This document shows, one piece after another, positions 15,633 to 23,062 of a stretch of 24,000 nucleotides of DNA (position 1 is its first letter; every line of letters starts with the position of its first letter). The stretch is from contig DATMAU010000063.1 of the NCBI GenBank assembly GCA_035559775.1, positions 31,489 through 55,488 on the forward strand, written 5' to 3'. A program made the translations under genes and the position numbers. A model generated the notes under the pieces. That model was not told the origin of the DNA. It saw only the letters and a program-made list of their open reading frames with translations, and ran no database searches. Origin of the DNA: Sulfolobales archaeon (GTDB lineage Archaea; Thermoproteota; Thermoprotei_A; Sulfolobales; AG1).

Positions 15633-17594
15633 CTATTCTTTGAGATTATCAGATCTATTGGCTGGCTTTGCTTTCTCTAGATCTGTTATGATCCTGGATC
15701 TCCCTGGGATCCTTTTCACCAGCTCCTCCAGATCTATGGCCTCTATCGTTTCAGCTCTCACACCTCCACTTTTTAACCATATTGTTTTCAACCTACCAGC
15801 TATCTCCTTCCTATCCCTATCCCCGGGGGCTAGAATGCTCCATGAGGCGGCTCTCTTGGAAACAAGCTCTGGGGGGCCTATTATGATCCTGGGCACACCG
15901 TGTTCTAGAACCTCGACACCTATACCTAGTAATAGTGGTATATTTCTAATCCAGCCCCTCTCGCCATAGATCATAAAAGCGCCTTTCCCCAAATACTCTC
16001 CTGGTGGTGGTGACTTACTAACCTGGGATCCTTTTGCGTAGAAGACATCTATAGCGCCGTAGCCTGCTGTCCATGCTCTGCTATAGCATGCTGCTAGGGT
16101 TGCGGCTTCCTGGATCGATCTTTCACTATACTCCCTATCTACTAGGAGGATCACTGCAGAGCCTCCCTGTATATCAGCATGGATAAATATATCGTTATCC
16201 CTGAGGTATTTTCTAACTATCTTCTCATTCTGATCAGCATTCATACCGCCTATGGCTAGAAGGCCCTCCGATGTGATTAGCCAGTGGTATCTTTCATACC
16301 ACTCTTGTTTCATAAGGCTCTTAATCATTCTTACTGTTTTGTCTCTCTCCTTCTCAGCCAGGATTTTTTTGATCTCCTCTTTAAGTCTCGATATCTCGTT
16401 AGAGCCTCTCGAGATCCTTTTCTCAAGATCGGAGATTTTCTTCCTAAGCTCGATATAGTTCTCCATAAAAGATAGCCTGGGGTTTAGCGAATACCTCGTA
16501 TTATTAAGCACTATCTCTACAGTGTTATTCTTAACCCTAGCCCTAACCTCTGTCTCTCCAGCACAGTTGGCAATATTTCTTCTTGCACATTCGAAGAGCT
16601 CCTCAAGCTGTTGATAGTTAGCATCCACATATTCAAGTACTTTTTTAAGTATTGAGAGCTCTTCTTCGGTACTGCTGATCTGGTTTCTAAGCTTCTCTAT
16701 GCTCTTCTCAATCCTGATCACCTCGGCTGGTTTCTCCTCAACTCTATATGCATCTACATACGTATAGAACACATCTATAGCCTCGTTAAAGCTAGCTGTT
16801 CTTTTAAACACATACCCCTTTGCTACGAGGCTTTTGGGTTCGTATGGGTAGAAGCCCTGCGGTTTTTCCGAAGCATCTATAACGATCCCAGGTTCTGGGT
16901 TCGCGATAACCCTTTCCGCAAAGTTCCTAACCTCATCCAGGATCTTCTCAACCTCGTTGTCAGCGAGGCTTGATGGCTTTATATTTTTATCAAGACCAAG
17001 CCTATATAGAGTCTCTTCAGCCATATCCGGAGGGACTCCGGCTCCTATAATAAGCCCTCTCACAAGATCATACCCCCTCTTAACGTTTAGGATAAGGCTT
17101 CGAGAATCGGAACTGCATATTGAAATCTGTGTAGGTGGGTAGGAGTATTTTGCACCGATCTTTATGACTCGATCCTTCATAGTAGCTGTGGTGTTGGAGA
17201 ACCTGATAGTCCCATCCAGATCTACTATAGAGACCACGCCTCTCGGGATCAGTTCAATGATAACCCTATACTCGTTAGCACCGATAACCCTAGCCTCAAC
17301 AACCCTGTCACAGTGTTTCTGATATATATCGATTATCCTCGACTCTCTCAGATATTTCCTAAAACCCATCACTACCGAGCTAGGCTCTCCATGCCCTATA
17401 AGACCCGTTCTCCTTGTTATATAGATGCTCTCTCCGGCTGCTACTGATAGGTAGAAGGGCTCTCCGCCTCCTCTGATCTTTAACAGGAGCCTGCTACTCT
17501 CTCCATAGATATTATCGATATAGCTCCCTACGATATTCTCCCTATTCTCCCTGATCCATGTTGCTAGATCTAGCCAGCTCATCCCCTTCTTCAT
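15633..17594 (-). CDS. NFACT-family protein (archaeal Rqc2/NEMF/RqcH homologue; FbpA N-terminal + DUF814)
   Basis: The N-terminal NFACT-N-like region is MSWLDLATWIRE...GSYIDNIYG. A central coiled coil follows (EELSILKKVLEYV..., ISRLKEEIKKILAEKE). The NFACT-R/DUF814 core is RYHWLITSEGLLAIGGMNADQNEKIVRKYLRDNDIFIHADIQGGSAVIL, with a C-terminal domain after it. The open frame runs up to 17678, but homology begins near ATG 17594 (MKKG) or 17582 (MSWLDL), and tattatac lies ~29 nt upstream of 17582. Confidence 0.85.
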   Translation of the reverse strand: MKKGMSWLDLATWIRENRENIVGSYIDNIYGESSRLLLKIRGGGEPFYLSVAAGESIYITRRTGLIGHGEPSSVVMGFRKYLRESRIIDIYQKHCDRVVEARVIGANEYRVIIELIPRGVVSIVDLDGTIRFSNTTATMKDRVIKIGAKYSYPPTQISICSSDSRSLILNVKRGYDLVRGLIIGAGVPPDMAEETLYRLGLDKNIKPSSLADNEVEKILDEVRNFAERVIANPEPGIVIDASEKPQGFYPYEPKSLVAKGYVFKRTASFNEAIDVFYTYVDAYRVEEKPAEVIRIEKSIEKLRNQISSTEEELSILKKVLEYVDANYQQLEELFECARRNIANCAGETEVRARVKNNTVEIVLNNTRYSLNPRLSFMENYIELRKKISDLEKRISRGSNEISRLKEEIKKILAEKERDKTVRMIKSLMKQEWYERYHWLITSEGLLAIGGMNADQNEKIVRKYLRDNDIFIHADIQGGSAVILLVDREYSERSIQEAATLAACYSRAWTAGYGAIDVFYAKGSQVSKSPPPGEYLGKGAFMIYGERGWIRNIPLLLGIGVEVLEHGVPRIIIGPPELVSKRAASWSILAPGDRDRKEIAGRLKTIWLKSGGVRAETIEAIDLEELVKRIPGRSRIITDLEKAKPANRSDNLKE

Positions 17595-17704
17595 TCTATC
17601 CCAGTATAATAGATCCCTGGGTAGTATTAGGTGTTTATTCGTATAAATTACGTGGCAAGAGATCGGGGTTTTAACCATGGTGCGATGATAAATATGGTGA
17701 CCAT

Positions 17705-17989
17705 ATGTCGCTGGGGAGCGAGAGGATCGGCTTCTACAGGTTATTCGTATTAAGGCTTGTTGCAGGGTTTGGTAGTGGTCTCTCGTTCTCGATATACAGA
17801 TCGTTATACCCGGGCACTAACCATCTCTGGATCGCTCTTGAGAGCTTCGTGTTCCTATTAATAGGATTAGGTGTTTTTCAAGCACTATATATAGCGATCT
17901 TGAGACCCTCTAGAAAGGATTCCATGAGGTTTATACTAACCCAGATAGCCGCTCACTATATAGGAGCCATGATCCTAGTCCCCGCATAG
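17705..17989 (+). CDS. Small membrane protein (94 aa), hypothetical
   Basis: Two or three hydrophobic helices (FYRLFVLRLVAGFGSGLSF, LWIALESFVFLLIGLGVFQALYIAIL, ILTQIAAHYIGAMILV). It is not antisense to another gene. No family recognised. Confidence 0.4.
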   Translation: MSLGSERIGFYRLFVLRLVAGFGSGLSFSIYRSLYPGTNHLWIALESFVFLLIGLGVFQALYIAILRPSRKDSMRFILTQIAAHYIGAMILVPA

Positions 17990-18066
17990 CGAGCACGGAT
18001 TCGATAGCATTTGTTATAATAATATTCACGAAAACCAAAACAGCTTGGTGTTGGGTGATTTGAGAC

Positions 18067-18528
18067 CTATCTATACCTTTTGCCCTTCTGGACTCCTAGG
18101 TCTGCTTCAGCTAATAGTGTTGCTAGCTTGTTCTTAACCTCTGGGAGTTTTGATTTGAGATTCTCTATGAACTCCTGCTCAATGCTAACCTGGGTTAGGA
18201 ACTCTTTACCCTGGCTTGTTACTGATAGCTTCTTGTTCGGTCCACTTTCAAGCAGGCCTACGTATAGTAATGCTATGATATCTTCTCTAAGATCTTTTGA
18301 TGTGGGTATTCCTGCTATATCTACAAAACTATATCCGAGATCCATGCCCACCGACTGAAGCTCCCTGATTATATATGCGAGAGCTTTCTCGGTAACCCCA
18401 CCGAGCTCTGATATAAGGAACAGTGTTTTCAAAGCCCTCTTATTACTCTTAAGATGATCGAGAGCTATAACAGGTTTTGTTACTATTTTGAGCTCCTTGC
18501 TCTTTGTCTGCTGAGACATCATGTGCAC
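18067..18528 (-). CDS. Hypothetical protein, possible winged-helix fold (153 aa)
   Basis: The pattern ...LFLISELGGVTEKALAYIIRELQSVGMDLGYSFVDIAGIPTSKDLREDIIALLYVGLLES...LSVTSQGKEFL resembles wHTH-type small proteins, by eye only. The C-terminus is helical and basic. The gene is divergent from the MoxR-vWA operon. Confidence 0.5.
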   Translation of the reverse strand: MHMMSQQTKSKELKIVTKPVIALDHLKSNKRALKTLFLISELGGVTEKALAYIIRELQSVGMDLGYSFVDIAGIPTSKDLREDIIALLYVGLLESGPNKKLSVTSQGKEFLTQVSIEQEFIENLKSKLPEVKNKLATLLAEADLGVQKGKRYR

Positions 18529-18923
18529 CGAGTCATATTGCTCTAAGGGTAAAATAACTAATGATCCTATACAGGATCGATAACGACCCTTTAACAGTAT
18601 TGCGAAGAAGTCGAGCCCCTAGTTTCAGAGGGACGGTTCAGTCTAATTATCAACGGCAATCTAATTAGTAGTTAGAAGAAGCTTTACAATAGGGATTCAC
18701 ATGGTGCGCAATTGTGGTTCCATGTATACATACGAATGCATAGCAAGGTGTAAAAACTCTTCAACACTAGGATATTAGCCCGGATTGCAGATAACTTGAT
18801 TAAGGGGTAATCAAAATCTCAAAGTTCAGCGAGCTGGCGGATAAGATAAACAGGTTCAACAGGGAGCTTGTCAAGCCATTCGTAGGCAGAGATGAGGAGG
18901 CAAAAGTAGTAACACTAGCCCTT

Positions 18924-20018
18924 ATGATCAAGGAACATGCTATACTAATAGGAGAGCCTGGAACTGCTAAGAGCGCTTTGATAAGGAGAGCAGCTGCTCT
19001 ATTAAATGCTAAGTATTTCTCATATCTCTTGACAAAGTTTACAGAGCCCGACGAGATCTTCGGTCCTGTTGATATAAAGGCGTTTATAGATGAGAAGAGG
19101 TTTAGGAGGGTTACTGCGAGAACCCTGCTGGATGCTGAGATAGCCTTTCTCGATGAGATCTTTAAGGCGAGTTCGAGCATTCTTAACAGCATATTGTCGA
19201 TAATAAACGAGAGGATCTACTATGAGGCTGGTGTTGCCATCAAGGTTCCCTTATGGAGCCTCTTCGCCGCTACCAACGAGATACCTGATGATCCTGAGCT
19301 GGCGGCTATATATGATAGGATGCTGCTGAGGCACCACGTTAGGCCTGTGACCGACGATCTGTGGAAGGATCTGTTGAACCAGGAGTGGTTGAACGAGATG
19401 AAGGAAGATGTAATTGATGTGGAGCCTGTCCTCTCCATGCAGGATCTGAGGGATTTGAGGGAGGAGGTTTTCAAAGTAGATCTCGAGGGGATCAAGCCGA
19501 AGCTAGTAAAACTACTAGCGATATTGGAATCGAAGGGTATACATCTAACCGATAGGAGAAAGGGCAAGACACTGAAGGTGATAGCTGCTAACGCTATTCT
19601 TAATAACAGGACGAAAGCGCAGGAAGAGGATCTATTGGTTCTTAAATACACAGCCCCAAGAGATATTGACGAGTTTGAGAAGGTCAATGTGATCCTCCAC
19701 GAGGAGCTCAAGACACCGTATATGTATCTGAGAGAGCTGGAGGATATAGAGAGGAATGTTAAGGAGCTAATAAACTATGTGAGCAGTTTTAACCAGAGCT
19801 ATGGGTATGTAGAGCCATTCGCGCCCGGAGCCCGTGCAACAATATCTAGATTCTATGAGGAGAGGCTCAACGAGATCTACAGGGATCTTGAGGCCCTCAG
19901 GGAGAGGGTATCCTCTATCATTATAGAGAGCGGTGATAAGAACGTGGAGGTCGCTGGGAAAAGGGTGCTTGAACTTATAAGCAGTGCTATGGAAAAGATA
20001 AGGAGAAGGATAGAGTAA
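18924..20018 (+). CDS. MoxR-class AAA+ ATPase, RavA-like
   Basis: Walker A is GEPGTAKS and Walker B is IAFLDEIF, followed by SSILNSILSIINER and FAATNE. The overall similarity is to the RavA N-terminal AAA+ module, and there is a ~100-aa helical C-terminal region. Coordinates start at the first ATG. The same frame is open from 18804 and encodes the conserved ...ELVKPFVGRDEEAKVVTLAL segment, so the true start is probably upstream (see findings). Confidence 0.9.
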   Translation: MIKEHAILIGEPGTAKSALIRRAAALLNAKYFSYLLTKFTEPDEIFGPVDIKAFIDEKRFRRVTARTLLDAEIAFLDEIFKASSSILNSILSIINERIYYEAGVAIKVPLWSLFAATNEIPDDPELAAIYDRMLLRHHVRPVTDDLWKDLLNQEWLNEMKEDVIDVEPVLSMQDLRDLREEVFKVDLEGIKPKLVKLLAILESKGIHLTDRRKGKTLKVIAANAILNNRTKAQEEDLLVLKYTAPRDIDEFEKVNVILHEELKTPYMYLRELEDIERNVKELINYVSSFNQSYGYVEPFAPGARATISRFYEERLNEIYRDLEALRERVSSIIIESGDKNVEVAGKRVLELISSAMEKIRRRIE

Positions 20019-20028
20019 GGATGATATA

Positions 20029-21366
20029 ATGACAGGGATTCTGGCTGGGGTAAGATACGATGATCCTCTTGCGAGATATAGAGGGGAAAAGCTGGTCGAG
20101 ATCGTTAAAAAGCTATCGAGGGTAAGGAATAAGGATATAGATACAAATCTAGGAGTAGATATCTTCTATCTCTTCTACCTCCCATTCCCATTACCAGTAC
20201 CGCCAAAGGATCAGAGGGATAGGCTTGCCCAGCTTAGATACCTAGTGGCTAGAGGGATACTGAGCAATGCTGAGGCCAGGAAGATCAGGTATTACACAAT
20301 AGCTCATAGTGGGAGATCCATTATCGTTGGGGCGAGCTTCCTAGAGCACTTATTACAAGAGCTAAGCCCCCAGTCAGAAGGTGAGGGGGGACAGGGTGGG
20401 CAGAAGAACCAGGGCGAGGATCAAGGGCAGCCTAGCAATGAGAATGACAACGAGAGGAGCAGCAATAACATTCAGAATGCCATTAGGAATGCCATTAGGA
20501 GGGTTATGAACGAGGTTGATAGTCTATCAAAGCTGGAGCAGATGGCAATGGGTACCCAGGCTGGCACAGGATCTATGCTCGAAATGATCGAAAACTCAAG
20601 CGATATAATTAGACTTGCTAGGAATACCGACGTCCAGAGGCTCCTTGATAGCCTGAGCTTTATAGAGGAGCTAACCTTCAAGACAAGGAAGAAGATGATC
20701 AAATCATCGAGGGGAGAGGTTATAGGCTATTCAAGGGGAAGCCAGCTAACAAGGATCTCGAGGACAGAGCTAGCATTGTTCGAAACAAGAGAGGCTGAGC
20801 AGGTTCTTCTATATAAGTGGGCAACAGGAAAACTGATCCTATACGAAAAAGTGGTCAGACAAGATATCGGGCCTCTCTATGTGTTGCTCGATAAGTCAGG
20901 CTCTATGGATGGTGAGAAGATAAGGTGGGCTAAAGCAACAGCCATAGCCCTTTTCATGAGATCTAGGAGAGAGGGGAGGCCTTTCCTCATAAGGTTCTTT
21001 GACTCAGCACCCTATAACCTTATAAAGGTCTCGAGATCCGGTAAGTCGAGCGAAACGCTAAGACTGATGGACTATCTAGCGAGGATAAAGAGCGGTGGGG
21101 GGACAGATATAACTAGATCTATTATAACTGCATGCCAAGATGTTGCAGAGCTTAAGATGAGGGGTTTAGGAGAGCTTATACTGATAACCGATGGTGAGGA
21201 TAGGCTTGCGGAGAACATGGTTAGGAAACATCTGAGGGAGAATAACGTTAGGCTTATAACCGTTATGGTGATGGGGGAGAACCCTGATCTGAGGAAGATT
21301 AGTTCGAAGTACTTCAAAGTGGTCAGGCTGAGTAATAAAGAGATGCTCGAGGTCTTAGAGCTCTAG
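20029..21366 (+). CDS. vWA-domain protein, ViaA-like partner of the MoxR ATPase
   Basis: 445 aa, starting 10 nt after the ATPase stop. The C-terminal vWA domain has a complete MIDAS (LLDKSGSMDG, SGGGTDI, LITDGED). The pre-vWA segment TELALFETREAEQVLLYKWATGKLILYE resembles ViaA. There is a low-complexity acidic/Gly/Gln/Asn linker at aa ~112-146. Confidence 0.88.
   Translation: MTGILAGVRYDDPLARYRGEKLVEIVKKLSRVRNKDIDTNLGVDIFYLFYLPFPLPVPPKDQRDRLAQLRYLVARGILSNAEARKIRYYTIAHSGRSIIVGASFLEHLLQELSPQSEGEGGQGGQKNQGEDQGQPSNENDNERSSNNIQNAIRNAIRRVMNEVDSLSKLEQMAMGTQAGTGSMLEMIENSSDIIRLARNTDVQRLLDSLSFIEELTFKTRKKMIKSSRGEVIGYSRGSQLTRISRTELALFETREAEQVLLYKWATGKLILYEKVVRQDIGPLYVLLDKSGSMDGEKIRWAKATAIALFMRSRREGRPFLIRFFDSAPYNLIKVSRSGKSSETLRLMDYLARIKSGGGTDITRSIITACQDVAELKMRGLGELILITDGEDRLAENMVRKHLRENNVRLITVMVMGENPDLRKISSKYFKVVRLSNKEMLEVLEL
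20476..20499. repeat. Perfect 12-nt tandem duplication inside the vWA gene
   Basis: aatgccattagg occurs twice (20476-20487 and 20488-20499). The duplication is in frame and encodes NAIR-NAIR. Confidence 0.9.
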
Positions 21367-21449
21367 CTAGATGGCTCTAGCAGCCTCTATCGATTATTCT
21401 GGGACACATAGTATTCCTGCTTATATAGTCACGCTATAAAATATAGCTT

Positions 21450-22583
21450 TTGATATTATTTTCTTGGAGAGCCTTGGAGGAGTTATTGAAAGAGCTTGAG
21501 AGGAGGACTGCTAATGCGATAGCCTTGATGAGAAAGAGCGGTGTTGAATATATAGCCTTAACCCCATCGCCGAATTTCAGATACCTCGCAGGGTTCTTTG
21601 AAGAGGGCTATGAGAGATTAATATTATTTATACTGACAGCTAATAATGATAGGGTATTGCTGGCTCCCAAGCTTGCTAATATACCGGGCTGGTTCAACAG
21701 ATACTCTGATATAGTGTTATGGGGGGATGAGGATAACATTAAAAGCATTATAGATAAAGTGGCGAAGAGGCTGAGGATCTATGGTAAGAGGGGGGCTTTT
21801 GAGGATACTATGAATCTAAGAACATATGAGTTGTTAAGAGAGGAGCTATCGCCTTCAAGCATGGTGCTTGCATCAACGATACTGAGAGATCTTAGGGTTA
21901 GGAAATCTCTCTATGAGATAAACATGATCTCAAAGGCTGTGAAGATAGCTGAGAGCGTTTTTTCAGAGCTATACAGGATCCTGAGCCCTGGGCTTTCTGA
22001 GAGGTTTGTTGCGAGCCAGATATCAAGCCTGATCGCCTCTGAGGGTTATACAGAAGCCTTCAACACTATAGTGGCTTTTGGTGAGAACACTGCTAACCCC
22101 CACCATATCCCTGGATCTAAGGTTCTTTCCTATGGAGATCTTGTGCTCGTAGACCTAGGAGTTGTTGTGGACGGCTATGTATCGGATCTCACGAGGATCT
22201 ATTCGATAGGACCAGTGCCTAAGCGTGTGGAAGATAGCTTTACCGCCCTGATCTCGTGTTTCAACGAAGCAGTATCGATCGTATCGCCAGGGGTTAGAGC
22301 TGCTGACATTGATCTACGGGTTAGAAGCTGCCTCACAGATTACGGGTTGGGTGGAAATATACTTCACAGAACAGGTCATGGTATAGGCTTAGAGATCCAC
22401 GAACCGCCATATCTCTCAATAACATCTACCGATGTGCTTGATAAAGGGTATGTGTTCACCATAGAACCAGGAGTCTATTTTAGAGGTAACTATGGGCTTA
22501 GGGTCGAGAGCGATATAGCTATACTAGATAATGGCGATACAATCATGCTTGATAAGAGTTCAAAGGATATAATGAGGCTATGA
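21450..22583 (+). CDS. pepQ: M24B-family Xaa-Pro dipeptidase / aminopeptidase P-like metallopeptidase
   Basis: 377 aa. The creatinase-like N-domain contains the signature NFRYLAGF. The pita-bread C-domain carries the metal-ligand motifs VLVDLGVVVDGYVSDLTR, HRTGHGIGLEIHEPP, FTIEPG and RVESD. The start is TTG 21450 or TTG 21474. Confidence 0.9.
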   Translation: MILFSWRALEELLKELERRTANAIALMRKSGVEYIALTPSPNFRYLAGFFEEGYERLILFILTANNDRVLLAPKLANIPGWFNRYSDIVLWGDEDNIKSIIDKVAKRLRIYGKRGAFEDTMNLRTYELLREELSPSSMVLASTILRDLRVRKSLYEINMISKAVKIAESVFSELYRILSPGLSERFVASQISSLIASEGYTEAFNTIVAFGENTANPHHIPGSKVLSYGDLVLVDLGVVVDGYVSDLTRIYSIGPVPKRVEDSFTALISCFNEAVSIVSPGVRAADIDLRVRSCLTDYGLGGNILHRTGHGIGLEIHEPPYLSITSTDVLDKGYVFTIEPGVYFRGNYGLRVESDIAILDNGDTIMLDKSSKDIMRL

Positions 22584-22679
22584 GGGAGTATAAACAGAGA
22601 TCTTTATACCTAATGTCGTAAGCATGTAGCCTGGTCAGGCTCGAAAGATATAATGGGCTTATAAAGGGGTATTATCATT

Positions 22680-22744
22680 GGCTGAATAGATTCTGTGGAA
22701 GAAATACCAATAACCATGTGAAACTACCGCCCTTCTATTCAGCC
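22680..22744. repeat. 11-bp perfect inverted repeat with a 43-nt spacer, upstream of gar1
   Basis: ggctgaataga (22680-22690) is the exact reverse complement of tctattcagcc (22734-22744). Confidence 0.85.
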
Positions 22745-22804
22745 TGAGAATAGGGAGCGGTTTTATATAGTATTACTCTCGTAATAATACTGTGGTGAAT
22801 CTTT

Positions 22805-23062
22805 GTGGAGCTCATCCCATTAGGATCTGTGATATCCGTATTCAAGGATCAGGTTATCGTGGTTAAGATAGAGAACCCCTCAAGAATCCCGGAACTCGGT
22901 TCAAGAGCCTATCACAAGGGAGGACTAAGACAAGTAGGAGTGGTGAGTGATATAATAGGCCCCACGAGAGAGCCTTATGCTGTTATAAAGATGATCCAAG
23001 GTGCCTCGGTCAAAGTTGGAGAGGAACTGGTCTACGAGCCTAGGAGAAAGAGGGTTAGATGA
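22805..23062 (+). CDS. gar1: H/ACA RNP protein Gar1
   Basis: 85 aa with a GTG start. The pattern LGSVISVFKDQVIVVK...LGSRAY...QVGVVSDIIGPTREPYAVIK...VGEELVY matches the archaeal Gar1 beta-barrel. It sits in the conserved position immediately upstream of tfb, with an ATGA overlap. Confidence 0.85.
   Translation: MELIPLGSVISVFKDQVIVVKIENPSRIPELGSRAYHKGGLRQVGVVSDIIGPTREPYAVIKMIQGASVKVGEELVYEPRRKRVR

Noticed and set aside
14595-17142. Plus-strand ORFs inside dys and the NFACT gene (14595-14792, 14618-14923, 15640-15969, 16252-16458, 16284-16475, 16957-17142)
   Set aside because: They are antisense to two strongly supported genes and have shadow-frame composition.
18701-18778. 25-aa Cys-containing mini-ORF (MVRNCGSMYTYECIARCKNSSTLGY) upstream of the MoxR gene
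   Set aside because: It is too short, has no SD or well-placed TATA, and is in a different frame from the ATPase, so it cannot supply the missing start.
18080-21317. Antisense ORFs 18080-18358, 18800-19192, 19220-19711, 20472-20702 and 21072-21317
   Set aside because: They lie opposite the 153-aa, MoxR and vWA genes. They are Ser/Leu/Ile-rich shadows, although 18800-19192 overlaps the region where the ATPase start is unclear.
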